From positions 8,974-72,802 of the forward strand of contig CAZYEI010000003.1 of the NCBI GenBank assembly GCA_964646425.1: a stretch of DNA of 63,829 nucleotides, given 5' to 3'. The notes under the pieces are model-generated. The model saw nothing but the letters and a program-made list of their open reading frames with translations. It had not been told where the DNA came from and searched no databases. The stretch is from an uncultured Eubacteriales bacterium (lineage in GTDB: Bacteria > Bacillota_I > Bacilli_A > RFN20 > JAISJY01). Positions within the stretch are counted from its first letter, which is position 1, and each line of letters opens with the position of its first letter. Below are positions 1-10,321 of the stretch, piece after piece. A program made the position numbers and the translations under genes.

Positions 1-56
1 ACTGATTGCCGTGTGCATCACTAAATAAAGCTATTTTCATAAAAAAATTATTATTC

Positions 57-83
57 ACTAAATTTTTAAAGATGCATAGATTA
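57..83 (+). promoter_or_regulatory. sigK-type promoter of spoVIF
   Basis: AC(57-58)-16 nt-CATAGATTA(75-83) matches the sigK consensus AC-N16-CATANNNTA; spoVIF is a late mother-cell gene in B. subtilis. Confidence 0.6.
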
Positions 84-100
84 TTTTAGGAGGAAATTTT

Positions 101-340
101 ATGAATAATGGAATTTTTGATAAGATTGAAAAGAAAACTAATGTAAAAAAGGAGGATATTCTTAATCTCGCTAAATCAATTCAAGGTAAAGATATGAAAA
201 ATGAAGATAATTTGAAAAAGTTAATTAGAGATGTTGCGAAGCTAGCAGGAAAAGAAGTAAGTAAGGAAAAAGAACAAAAAATTATTGATTCAGTTAAAAA
301 TGATCGGATTCCTAAAAGTATGAATAATATTGTTAAATAA
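101..340 (+). CDS. spoVIF: Stage VI sporulation protein F
   Basis: 79 aa; FDKIEKKTNV...LAKSIQ...LIRDVAKLAGKEVSKEKEQKII pattern of SpoVIF; SD AGGAGG. Confidence 0.8.
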   Translation: MNNGIFDKIEKKTNVKKEDILNLAKSIQGKDMKNEDNLKKLIRDVAKLAGKEVSKEKEQKIIDSVKNDRIPKSMNNIVK

Positions 341-391
341 TTATATGATTAAAAATCAATTGCTATTAGATGAGTCAATTGATTTTTTTTA

Positions 392-420
392 GAATATTTT
401 TATTTTTTTCTTCATATATA
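392..420 (+). promoter_or_regulatory. sigE-type promoter of spoIVA
   Basis: GAATAT(392-397)-15 nt-CATATATA(413-420); AT-rich context lowers significance. Confidence 0.4.
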
Positions 421-447
421 CTAATGATAATGTATAGGAGGAAAAAT

Positions 448-1926
448 ATGAACACCAAGGAGTTATTAAAGGATATTGGGGCAAGAACTAATGGTGATGT
501 CTATTTAGGTGTAGTTGGTCCAGTGAGAAGTGGTAAATCAACATTTATTAAAAAATTTATGGAACTTGCTGTTATTCCTAATATGAGTGATGAGTATGAG
601 ATTGTTAGGACGAATGATGAATTGCCACAATCAGGACAAGGCAAACAAATAATGACTACGGAACCTAAATTTGTTCCTAATAATGCTGCCAAAGTTGTGG
701 TAGATAATAATATTGATGTTAGAGTAAGACTGGTAGATTGTGTTGGTTTTGTGATGGATGGTGCTAAGGGGTATGAAGATGAACAAGGGGATAGAATGGT
801 TAAAACTCCTTGGTTTGATGAACCAATACCATTTAAAGAAGCCGCTAAAATTGGAACTCAAAAAGTAATTGTTGAGCATTCATCTATTGGTATAGTAGTT
901 ACGAGTGATGGTAGTTTAGTTGATATTGATCGTAATTCTTATGCAAAAGCAGAAGCAGAAGTTATTGATGAATTAATAGGTATTGGTAAACCATTTATTA
1001 TAATTGTAAATACTACAAATCCTAATAGTGAAACTGCTCAAAATATAGCAAATAGTTTAAAAGAAAAATATAATGTGCCAACATTATGTTTAAAAGTTGA
1101 TGAATTATCCTTAGAACAAATCGGAGAAATATTACATCATGCACTATATGAATTCCCAGTAGCAAATATCCATATAGGATTACCTAATTGGGTTGCTGCT
1201 ATGGAAGATAGTCATTGGTTAAAGAAATCAATATCTGAATCTTTAGAAAACGCTATGGAGAGTGCTAAGAAAATTAAAGATGTCGATCACATTAGTGAAA
1301 TATTATCTGCTAATGAATATATTGAAACATGTGAGATGGTAAGCGTAGATACGGCAAATGGCATTGTCGATGTTGCGATTGAAGTTAAAGAAGGTTTGTA
1401 TGAAGAAATAATGAAAGAAGTAGTTGGTTGCGAAGTTCTAGATAAAGGAGATTTATTGGCTTTATTAATTGAATTTTCTAAAGCAAAGAAAGAATATGAT
1501 AATATTAAAGATGCTTTAGAAATGGCAAGAATAACTGGTTATGGAGTTTCAACTCCAACACAAAATGATATTGAAATTGAACGACCTATTGTTTCCAAAC
1601 AAGGAGGTCGATATGGCTTAAGCGTTAAAGCCAAAGCATGTTCTTATCATATAGTAAGAGTAGATGTTGATACAAATTTTGAACCTTTAATTGGAAGTAA
1701 AGAGCAAAGTGAAGCATTGGTAGCAATGTTGAATGAAGATTATGACGAAGGAATGGTTAAAATACTAGATAGTTCGATATTTGGTAGAAAACTTGGTGAT
1801 GTAATTCAAGATGGTTTAAGAGTAAAGTTAAATACACTTCCGGAAACTACTAGAGCTAAAGTTCAACAAATAATAAAGACTCTTGCTAACAAGGGCAAAA
1901 CTAATGTAATAGCGATAGTTTTTTAA
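448..1926 (+). CDS. spoIVA: Stage IV sporulation protein A (coat morphogenetic ATPase)
   Basis: GVVGPVRSGKSTFIKKF Walker A, LPQSGQGKQIMTTEPKFVP, DCVG, TPWF; ATG 448 after AGGAGG gives 492 aa. Confidence 0.97.
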   Translation: MNTKELLKDIGARTNGDVYLGVVGPVRSGKSTFIKKFMELAVIPNMSDEYEIVRTNDELPQSGQGKQIMTTEPKFVPNNAAKVVVDNNIDVRVRLVDCVGFVMDGAKGYEDEQGDRMVKTPWFDEPIPFKEAAKIGTQKVIVEHSSIGIVVTSDGSLVDIDRNSYAKAEAEVIDELIGIGKPFIIIVNTTNPNSETAQNIANSLKEKYNVPTLCLKVDELSLEQIGEILHHALYEFPVANIHIGLPNWVAAMEDSHWLKKSISESLENAMESAKKIKDVDHISEILSANEYIETCEMVSVDTANGIVDVAIEVKEGLYEEIMKEVVGCEVLDKGDLLALLIEFSKAKKEYDNIKDALEMARITGYGVSTPTQNDIEIERPIVSKQGGRYGLSVKAKACSYHIVRVDVDTNFEPLIGSKEQSEALVAMLNEDYDEGMVKILDSSIFGRKLGDVIQDGLRVKLNTLPETTRAKVQQIIKTLANKGKTNVIAIVF

Positions 1927-1951
1927 AAAAATATAATTTATTAATGATAAC

Positions 1952-1988
1952 AAAAGATTATATCATCATAGATATAATCTTTTTTTTA
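1952..1988. terminator. Bidirectional intrinsic terminator
   Basis: AAAAGATTATATC-6 nt-GATATAATCTTTT plus T-run, between convergent genes. Confidence 0.8.
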
Positions 1989-2003
1989 ATATATTAATTG
2001 TTG

Positions 2004-2507
2004 TTAATAAATAAAAAGTATGGATTCAAAAGAGCTTTTTGAAAATATTGTCATAAATAGCACAATCAATAAAGCAAGCCCAAATATACCATTAATTACT
2101 TTAGAAATAGTTTTAATTGGATAAAATAAATTTCCTAGAATTGCAATAACTAAGAATACTCCCCAAATAATAGCAGATAATATCAGTGGAGTAAATGAGG
2201 AGATAGTATCACTTAAGCCTGTTATTTCCACGATAAATGTTACGAATGCATTATACATAAGTATAATCGGATATAGGTATTTACTAATTCCAAATTTTAT
2301 TATATCACCTAAATTTGAATTAAAACTAGTGATTTCGTCAATAAATTGTGTTACTAGATTACAATATAAAACTATTGTTAAAATGCCTACAAGTGCATTG
2401 GTTTTTTTGGCGACCCAATAAGATAATACTAAAGGAATAAAAATTGATAAAAATGGTAAAACGAGCTCTCTAAATGTATTGAATGCATCACTAAAAGATA
2501 AAAACAC
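2004..2507 (-). CDS. Hypothetical multi-pass membrane protein
   Basis: 167 aa, about 4-5 hydrophobic segments, SD GGGAGG before GTG. Confidence 0.7.
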   Translation of the reverse strand: MFLSFSDAFNTFRELVLPFLSIFIPLVLSYWVAKKTNALVGILTIVLYCNLVTQFIDEITSFNSNLGDIIKFGISKYLYPIILMYNAFVTFIVEITGLSDTISSFTPLILSAIIWGVFLVIAILGNLFYPIKTISKVINGIFGLALLIVLFMTIFSKSSFESILFIY

Positions 2508-2733
2508 TATAATTCCTCCCTTTCATACGAGATTATGTACATTATACTACAATATTCGACAAAATTGTACATAATTTTATTTAATGTTAATTCTATAAGC
2601 AAAAGAATAGGCTTATAACTATTATTATGCAGAAATTTTAATTAAAACACATTTTCTTAATAAAATTTAGATATAGTAATAGTAAAATAAATTTGTTATA
2701 ATATTAAGCGTGTCTAAAGGAGGGGGAAACCAT

Positions 2734-3816
2734 ATGAACAAAGATGGAATGATTGAAAGATTAGAAACTATTCTTAAACGTTCGACTTATTTACAAAAAA
2801 TGATGGAACTTCCTGGTGTTATTGCCGATTTCCCAAAATATAAAATGTTTGCTAAAGAACATGCATCATTAGAAAAAGTAGCTGCATTATATCAAGAATA
2901 TAAAGATTGTGTTGCAAATATGGAAGATGCAAAGATTTTAATGAATGATTCTGACCCTGAAATGGCTGCAATGGGTAAAATGGAATATGAAGAAAGCCTT
3001 TCGAAAGAAGAAGATTATTTGCAAAGATTACAAATAATGTTAATTCCTAAAGATCCTAATGATGATAAGAATGTTATTGTTGAAATTAGAGGGGCTGTTG
3101 GTGGCGATGAAGGTAATATATTTGCTGGTGATTTATTTAGAATGTACATCAATTATGCTGAAACTCAAAACTGGAAAATAGAATTATTGGATTCTCAAGA
3201 ATCAGAGATGGGTGGATTTTCTTTTGTTTCATTTTCTGTCAGAGGAAAAGAAGTATATTCAAAGTTAAAATATGAATCTGGTGCTCATCGTGTACAAAGA
3301 GTTCCTAAGACAGAAGCAAGTGGAAGAATTCATACAAGTACTGCTACTGTACTTGTAATGCCAGAGGCTGAAGATGTAGATGTTGTTATTAATCCAGGAG
3401 ACTTACGTGTAGATACATATAGATCAAGTGGTGCAGGTGGTCAACATATTAATAAAACAGATTCTGCTGTTCGTATCACTCATATGCCAACTGGAATTGT
3501 CGTATCATGTCAAGAAGGTCGTTCACAAATAGAAAATAAAGAAAAATGTATGCAAATGTTACGTACTAAAATATATGATGAAATGACAAGAAAACAAGAA
3601 GAAGAAAGAGGACAAGAAAGAAGATCTAAAATTGGAACTGGAGAACGTTCGGAAAAAATCAGAACTTATAACTATCCTCAAAATCGTGTAACAGATCATC
3701 GTATTGGCTATACAGTTCAACAATTGGATAGAATTATTGATGGTGATCTAGATGGTGTTATTAATGCATTAATTAACGAGGATCAAAGAAGAAAATTAGA
3801 AGGAGAATCGTTATAA
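2734..3816 (+). CDS. prfA: Peptide chain release factor 1
   Basis: [11 protein letters not shown] stop-codon recognition motif, [26 protein letters not shown]; ATG 2734 after AGGAGGGGG. Confidence 0.97.
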   Translation: MNKDGMIERLETILKRSTYLQKMMELPGVIADFPKYKMFAKEHASLEKVAALYQEYKDCVANMEDAKILMNDSDPEMAAMGKMEYEESLSKEEDYLQRLQIMLIPKDPNDDKNVIVEIRGAVGGDEGNIFAGDLFRMYINYAETQNWKIELLDSQESEMGGFSFVSFSVRGKEVYSKLKYESGAHRVQRVPKTEASGRIHTSTATVLVMPEAEDVDVVINPGDLRVDTYRSSGAGGQHINKTDSAVRITHMPTGIVVSCQEGRSQIENKEKCMQMLRTKIYDEMTRKQEEERGQERRSKIGTGERSEKIRTYNYPQNRVTDHRIGYTVQQLDRIIDGDLDGVINALINEDQRRKLEGESL

Positions 3817-3817
3817 T

Positions 3818-4666
3818 ATGAATTTAATTTCTTTTATCGCTGATAAGAGAAAAATTTGTAGAGAAAATAATAAGGATGAGGGTGTTGTCCATATGATATT
3901 AAGTCATATTTATGGAATTGAACCTTCATCCTTATATTTGCATTATTATCAAGAGATTGATGAAACTAATATTGCTTTGTTTGAAACATTTTTTTCTCCT
4001 TATATAACAGATTCATATCCACTACAATATCTAATGGGCTATACTTACTTTTATGGATTGAAATTAGAAGTTGATTCTAATGTTTTAATCCCTAGAAGCG
4101 AAACAGAAGAATTGGTAGATAGATTTATTAAAGAACACAAAGAATACACAATGCCATTAACTATCGCTGATATTGGAACAGGAAGTGGAGCAATTGCTCT
4201 TTCTATAAAAAATAATAGAAAACAAGATAGAGTGATTGCCTGTGATATATCTAATAATGCATTAAATGTTGCTAGGAGAAATGCCGAAAATTTGCATTTA
4301 GAGATTGAATTTTATCAAGGAAATCTTTTAGATAAATTAATTGAAAAAAACATAAAAGTAGATGTAATTTTAGCTAATCCACCATATATTGATAAAAATG
4401 ATAATGAAGTCGCAGAAATTGTCAAAAAATATGAGCCTGAAATTGCTTTATTCGCCAAACAAAATGGCCTTGCTTGCTATATTGAAATTTTAAATAAGTG
4501 TAAACAAATATTAAATCCATTTGGAAAAATATATTTTGAAATAGGATATAAACAAAAAGAAAGTATTATTAATATAGTAAATGGTATGTATCCTAATGCA
4601 AGTATAATTTGTTATAAAGATATTTATGAAAATGATCGAATTATAAAAGTTATATTTAATGATTAA
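3818..4666 (+). CDS. prmC: Release factor glutamine methyltransferase
   Basis: LIPRSETEELV, DIGTGSGAIA, NPPY, FEIG; directly after prfA. Confidence 0.95.
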   Translation: MNLISFIADKRKICRENNKDEGVVHMILSHIYGIEPSSLYLHYYQEIDETNIALFETFFSPYITDSYPLQYLMGYTYFYGLKLEVDSNVLIPRSETEELVDRFIKEHKEYTMPLTIADIGTGSGAIALSIKNNRKQDRVIACDISNNALNVARRNAENLHLEIEFYQGNLLDKLIEKNIKVDVILANPPYIDKNDNEVAEIVKKYEPEIALFAKQNGLACYIEILNKCKQILNPFGKIYFEIGYKQKESIINIVNGMYPNASIICYKDIYENDRIIKVIFND

Positions 4667-4696
4667 TGCTTATGTTTATAAGCATTTTTTTAAGGT

Positions 4697-4725
4697 TTGA
4701 AATATATATTTATTGGCTGTATAAT
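4697..4725 (+). promoter_or_regulatory. sigA promoter
   Basis: TTGAAA-17 nt-TATAAT, just after the prmC terminator hairpin (AATGCTTAT/ATAAGCATT). Confidence 0.7.
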
Positions 4726-4750
4726 TGTTTATAGATTATGAGGTGTTTTT

Positions 4751-5770
4751 ATGCTTGAAAAATTAAAAAGTTTTTTTACTAAATTCAATAAAAAAGAAAA
4801 TAATCAAGAAATTCAAAAGAAGAATAAAAATAAATTATCGAGTATATGTAGCTTTGTTATTATCTTTTTATTATTTGCTTTTTTAATTCAACAATTTGGG
4901 GTTTTTGAATTATTATTCAATAAATCAAGTACTTCAAATTCTAATAATAATAATTCTATAAATGCTTCAAATGTATCTTCTTTGCAAAATCAAGTAGTTA
5001 GAGTAGATAATGATTTTATAATTGATGATTTTATTTTTGAAAATTTAATAAATAAAAAAGATGAATTTTCTGTTTTGTATAAGGGATTAGAAGAAATTGA
5101 TGAATATTTATTAGACTGTATAAATATATATAATAGCTATAATTTAAAATCACTAGATAATATTCAGTTTTCTTTAATTAATGGAAAATATATTTATAGT
5201 AATAACAATTATGACTATATTTATCAGCCTCAATATAGTCAAATATCTATTGCTAATTCTTCATTTACATATAATAATGTTAATGATAAAGTAAGTGTAT
5301 CTTTATTGGGAAAAAAGAAATATTTAATGATTTTAGATGAAAAAGAGTTATCTTTTTCTATCGATAATTCTGAATATATTTTTGAATTAAACGAAAATGA
5401 TTGGACATTAACTTATCGTGATAGTAATAATATTGAGTATTGCGAACATTATCGTTTGGATAATTGTTCATTAATTGAAGTAGAAACAACAAACAATGAT
5501 TATTTGTATCATATTTTTGTTTATGAAGAAATAAAAAATGAAACTACAATTAATTTTTCTCAAGAATCTGGCGTTTATTTGATTTATGAAGAAAATAGTG
5601 AAGATCCTCAAGAGACATTTAATTATAATGAAACACTTATGATTCAAAATTATTATATGAGTGATGCAATTGAGATTTACTTAAATGGGATACCACAAGA
5701 TATTATTTGCTTTATAGTATTAGATATATATTTAAATGATATGGGTATGCCTTTTGGCTTAGGAAAATAA
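4751..5770 (+). CDS. Hypothetical single-pass membrane protein with large extracellular domain
   Basis: Basic N-terminus, one TM helix, Ser/Asn linker, acidic/aromatic C-terminal domain; own promoter and SD. Confidence 0.7.
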   Translation: MLEKLKSFFTKFNKKENNQEIQKKNKNKLSSICSFVIIFLLFAFLIQQFGVFELLFNKSSTSNSNNNNSINASNVSSLQNQVVRVDNDFIIDDFIFENLINKKDEFSVLYKGLEEIDEYLLDCINIYNSYNLKSLDNIQFSLINGKYIYSNNNYDYIYQPQYSQISIANSSFTYNNVNDKVSVSLLGKKKYLMILDEKELSFSIDNSEYIFELNENDWTLTYRDSNNIEYCEHYRLDNCSLIEVETTNNDYLYHIFVYEEIKNETTINFSQESGVYLIYEENSEDPQETFNYNETLMIQNYYMSDAIEIYLNGIPQDIICFIVLDIYLNDMGMPFGLGK

Positions 5771-5805
5771 ATAGAAGGAGTTATCACAAAATAACTCCTT
5801 CTATT
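5770..5805. terminator. Bidirectional terminator
   Basis: AATAGAAGGAGTTAT-CACAAA-ATAACTCCTTCTATT, 15-bp perfect stem between convergent genes. Confidence 0.8.
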
Positions 5806-6973
5806 TGTCTATTTCTTCTTTTTTAGGAATAATAACGCCATTTGTACCTGTAGTCCATAAATCTACAATAGTACCACAATGAATACAAGCTTCATATCTT
5901 CCATATAATCCGGTACATTCATGGAGATTTTGCTTTGATGCTCCACAATGACAATATTCTAGATGATATTCATCATTGTATTGTGCATATGAATGTGTAT
6001 ATTTGTGCTTATGAGTAGGCAATTCACAACCACAATGATATGTTAGGTTTCCGTTTGTGACTAATATATAGTTGTTGCTATGATTATGTTTTGAATTAAA
6101 TTCAATAGTTAAAGCAGAACAAAAATATGTATTTATGCTTGCCATACTTGACATATGAACTGTTGCTTGATAATTTCCAAAATGTAAATAGAGAATATCA
6201 CTTGTGGCATTATAGTCGTATATAATGCAAGTATGAGATATTGAGTCCATGATAATAGAGGCAAGTACTGGATTGCCCTTTTTTGCTTGTTCAACAATAT
6301 AGGACTTAATTGCATCCGAATATGTGATATCTCCATCGCCACCTTTCATAGTTATTTTATAGTCTGTTTGTTCTAGTCCACCATATGTTTGAAGATAGTG
6401 ATCTAAAAATATCGCTCTTTCAATTGCGCTCATAGTAGCAAATGAATTTTCATTATGTTTTAATTCATAGCCTAAATCATCTTCGGCAATTTTAAATAAA
6501 AAAGGTTGAAAATATGTATCTGTCATCTCCATTACTAAATTATAATATTCTGAATTAGATAAATTCATTGCTTCTTCATGAGTATAATGAGGAATTTTAT
6601 CGCTTCTAATTCCTGGTGAACTTGTCCTTTGATCGATAGCAACTGTAGAGGCTGGATTAACTTCATATTGATATGGGATTATATTATCATCCCAAAAAGT
6701 ATCATAATAAGAAAGAAACATTGCTATTGCTACATAATTACATGTACCTTTATAATTTTTAGCAAAATTTTCTGTTAAATTATAATAATAATATGTAGCA
6801 TCATTGTTGAGATAGCTACCTGTAGTAGAATTACTAGCTTTTTTCTTCTCGCTATTTGTGTTTTTTAAAGAGTGTTCTATATTTTTATAGTAATTTAAAG
6901 TGGATAGTGGATTGCTAAAATACAATTGACCTAAAAATACACTTATTAATGTAAGTAAAAATGGTTTATTCAT
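5801..6973 (-). CDS. Secreted papain-like cysteine peptidase (C39/C10-like) with His/Cys-rich C-terminal tail
   Basis: Signal-like N-terminus; NYKGTCNYVAIAMFLSYYD (nucleophile Cys), GNPVL, SHTCIIYDY (His), LHFG; tail with HCGC, CHCG, CIHCG. Confidence 0.65.
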   Translation of the reverse strand: MNKPFLLTLISVFLGQLYFSNPLSTLNYYKNIEHSLKNTNSEKKKASNSTTGSYLNNDATYYYYNLTENFAKNYKGTCNYVAIAMFLSYYDTFWDDNIIPYQYEVNPASTVAIDQRTSSPGIRSDKIPHYTHEEAMNLSNSEYYNLVMEMTDTYFQPFLFKIAEDDLGYELKHNENSFATMSAIERAIFLDHYLQTYGGLEQTDYKITMKGGDGDITYSDAIKSYIVEQAKKGNPVLASIIMDSISHTCIIYDYNATSDILYLHFGNYQATVHMSSMASINTYFCSALTIEFNSKHNHSNNYILVTNGNLTYHCGCELPTHKHKYTHSYAQYNDEYHLEYCHCGASKQNLHECTGLYGRYEACIHCGTIVDLWTTGTNGVIIPKKEEIDK

Positions 6974-6984
6974 AATACCTCCTT

Positions 6985-7040
6985 ATTTAATAAAATAAAT
7001 ATAATAAATTATTTAAATCTCGAGATTTAATAAAATAAAT
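6985..7040. repeat. 18-bp perfect palindrome with 16-bp direct repeats
   Basis: TTAAATCTCGAGATTTAA (7013-7030); ATTTAATAAAATAAAT at 6985-7000 and 7025-7040. Confidence 0.6.
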
Positions 7041-7312
7041 TTATAATATTAATATTCTAAGCATTATTTGTTAGAATTAGTGATGAAATCTATCTTTAAT
7101 TATTATTAGTTAAATTATTTATAAATTAATTGATAGTATTAAATACATGTTTAAATAGTGTGTGATATTTATGTACATGTAGGATTTATTTTCCTTTTTA
7201 TTATTCTAACGTTAAATATGTGAATAAAAATATTTAATAATTCAAAGTAAAAATAGGATTATTAATTAACACTAATAATAAAATAATGTGAATAAATATA
7301 AACTATATATAC

Positions 7313-7430
7313 AAAAAATTCGCATTTGAGAGTTATAAGTTAGCGTAATTAATAAAAGTTTTGTAACTAATTAGTTATTATCATTTATACTCCGGTTGAA
7401 TAAATGGAAGTTAAAGGGGGCTAACTTCAC
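7313..7430 (-). ncRNA. Candidate structured small RNA or long leader
   Basis: Three stem-loops (7407-7428 and 7382-7406 adjacent, then 7364-7377) immediately downstream of a TATAAT; first loop is GCCCCCUU; U6 tract at 7313-7318 is a weak 3' end. Confidence 0.45.
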
Positions 7431-7434
7431 TGCT

Positions 7435-7478
7435 ATTATATACTATCAATTTTGCGAATCGTGTCGAACCATGTCGAA
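7435..7478 (-). promoter_or_regulatory. Spo0A-box array overlapping a sigA promoter with 21-bp spacer
   Basis: + strand TTGCGAA(7452)/TGTCGAA(7462)/TGTCGAA(7472) at 10-bp period; - strand TCGACA-21 nt-TATAAT(7440-7435). Confidence 0.65.
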
Positions 7479-7541
7479 AGTGAAAAAATTTTTTTTAAAA
7501 AAATATTTTTTTTGTTTTTAAAACAGAATATGGGCGTATTT

Positions 7542-8930
<1,389 letters not shown>

Positions 8931-8947
8931 TTAGATATATTTTTCAT

Positions 8948-10321
8948 TTATTTTTTATTACTCATATTTTTTAAGTGATAGTCTTCCTTATTGATTTGCC
9001 TTGTTCTAGCAATACTTAATGCTTTAGCAGGGACATCGTTTGTTATTGTGGAACCTGCTGCGATATATGAATTTTCTTTAATTGTTAATGGAGCAATTAA
9101 ATTAACATTACAACCAATAAAGACATTATCTTCGATAATTGTTCTATTTTTTACTTTTCCATCATAATTAACAGTTACTACTCCACAACCAAAATTGACA
9201 TTTTTTCCACATGTAGTATCACCAACATAAGTTAGATGGGCAATTTTGGTGTTATCTCCAATAGTTGAATTTTTAATTTCGACATAATTACCAATTCTAA
9301 CATTATCGCCAATTATAGAATTGTTTCTAAGTTGAGCAAAGGGACCAATAGTAGTTTCTTTCCCAACTTGCGATTGATTTATTAATGAATGTTTTATTGA
9401 TGTATTTTCAAAGATAGTACTATCATTGATTTCGGTGTTTGGTCCAATAATACATCCCTTTTTTATTTGTGTTTTTCCTGTTATATAGGTGTTTGGATAA
9501 ATAATAACACCAGGTTCAATTGTAACTTCTTTAGCAATTGTGATAGTATCACTTGATATCATCAATACTCCGTTGTTACGATGATAATTAATAATGTTTT
9601 TTCTAAGTTGTTCTTCGACATTAGAAAGAGCGTGTAAATCATCAATACCATTAAATTGAAATGAATCAAGATTTTGGTAAACTCCTACTTTATATTTATT
9701 TTGATAAGCTATTTCAATCATATCAGTTAAGTAGTATTCTTGCTGAGCATTTTTATTATTTAATAATGATATAAAAATAGGAAGTAAAGTAGTATTAATA
9801 CAATATATTCCTGTATTAACTTCATTTATTTTCTTTTCTTCTTCGGTAGCATCTTTAAATTCAACAATTCGAGATAGATTCGAGGCTTTATCTTTAACAA
9901 GTCTACCATATCTTTTGGGATCAGCTACTATTGTAGATACTACAGTTATATCATTTTTATTATACAAGTGATATTCTCGTAAAGAGTTTAGCGTTTGTTC
10001 TTCAAGCAATGGCATATCTCCACAAATAATAAATGTTAAATCCTCTTTCATATCAAGAAAAGGAAGAGATGTTGCTACTGCATGTCCTGTACCTAATTGA
10101 TTTTCTTGGTATACATATATTGCAAAATCTTTTAATATTTTTTTAATTGTATTACTATCATAACCAAGCACAACAATTTTATTTTTGAAATTTAATTTAT
10201 TGATAGTGTCTGCAAGATGTAAAATAATCGGCTTTCTAAGTAATGGTATAGCACATTTGCTGGTTTTCATTTTCATTCTTGTGCTCTTACCGGCAGCTAA
10301 AATAATAATATTATCTTTCAT
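8948..10321 (-). CDS. glmU: Bifunctional GlcN-1-P acetyltransferase / UDP-GlcNAc pyrophosphorylase
   Basis: ILAAGKSTRMK, QLGTGHAV, NAQQEYYLTD, hexapeptide repeats, NYDGK, GSTIT. Confidence 0.95.
   Translation of the reverse strand: MKDNIIILAAGKSTRMKMKTSKCAIPLLRKPIILHLADTINKLNFKNKIVVLGYDSNTIKKILKDFAIYVYQENQLGTGHAVATSLPFLDMKEDLTFIICGDMPLLEEQTLNSLREYHLYNKNDITVVSTIVADPKRYGRLVKDKASNLSRIVEFKDATEEEKKINEVNTGIYCINTTLLPIFISLLNNKNAQQEYYLTDMIEIAYQNKYKVGVYQNLDSFQFNGIDDLHALSNVEEQLRKNIINYHRNNGVLMISSDTITIAKEVTIEPGVIIYPNTYITGKTQIKKGCIIGPNTEINDSTIFENTSIKHSLINQSQVGKETTIGPFAQLRNNSIIGDNVRIGNYVEIKNSTIGDNTKIAHLTYVGDTTCGKNVNFGCGVVTVNYDGKVKNRTIIEDNVFIGCNVNLIAPLTIKENSYIAAGSTITNDVPAKALSIARTRQINKEDYHLKNMSNKK

Noticed and set aside
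370-447. N-terminal extension of spoIVA in the ORF track
   Set aside because: Low-complexity F/L/I text overlapping the promoter; ATG 448 has AGGAGG and gives the expected 492 aa
501-879. ORFs 501-692 and 631-879 on the - strand
   Set aside because: Antisense shadows of spoIVA with no SD or family features; the same applies to the other short overlapping ORFs inside rml, wzx, yfhO, spoVT, cotE, soj and spmA
2532-2575. Single 0A box (TTCGACA 2555-2561) between ATTATGTAC/GTACATAAT inverted repeats
   Set aside because: Single copies also occur inside CDSs (9278, 9614, 30303, 31923, 44377), so one box is at background level; kept only as a possibility
7273-7325. 17-codon hydrophobic ORF MRIFCIYSLYLFTLFYY on the - strand
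   Set aside because: No SD; such ORFs arise by chance in AT-rich DNA
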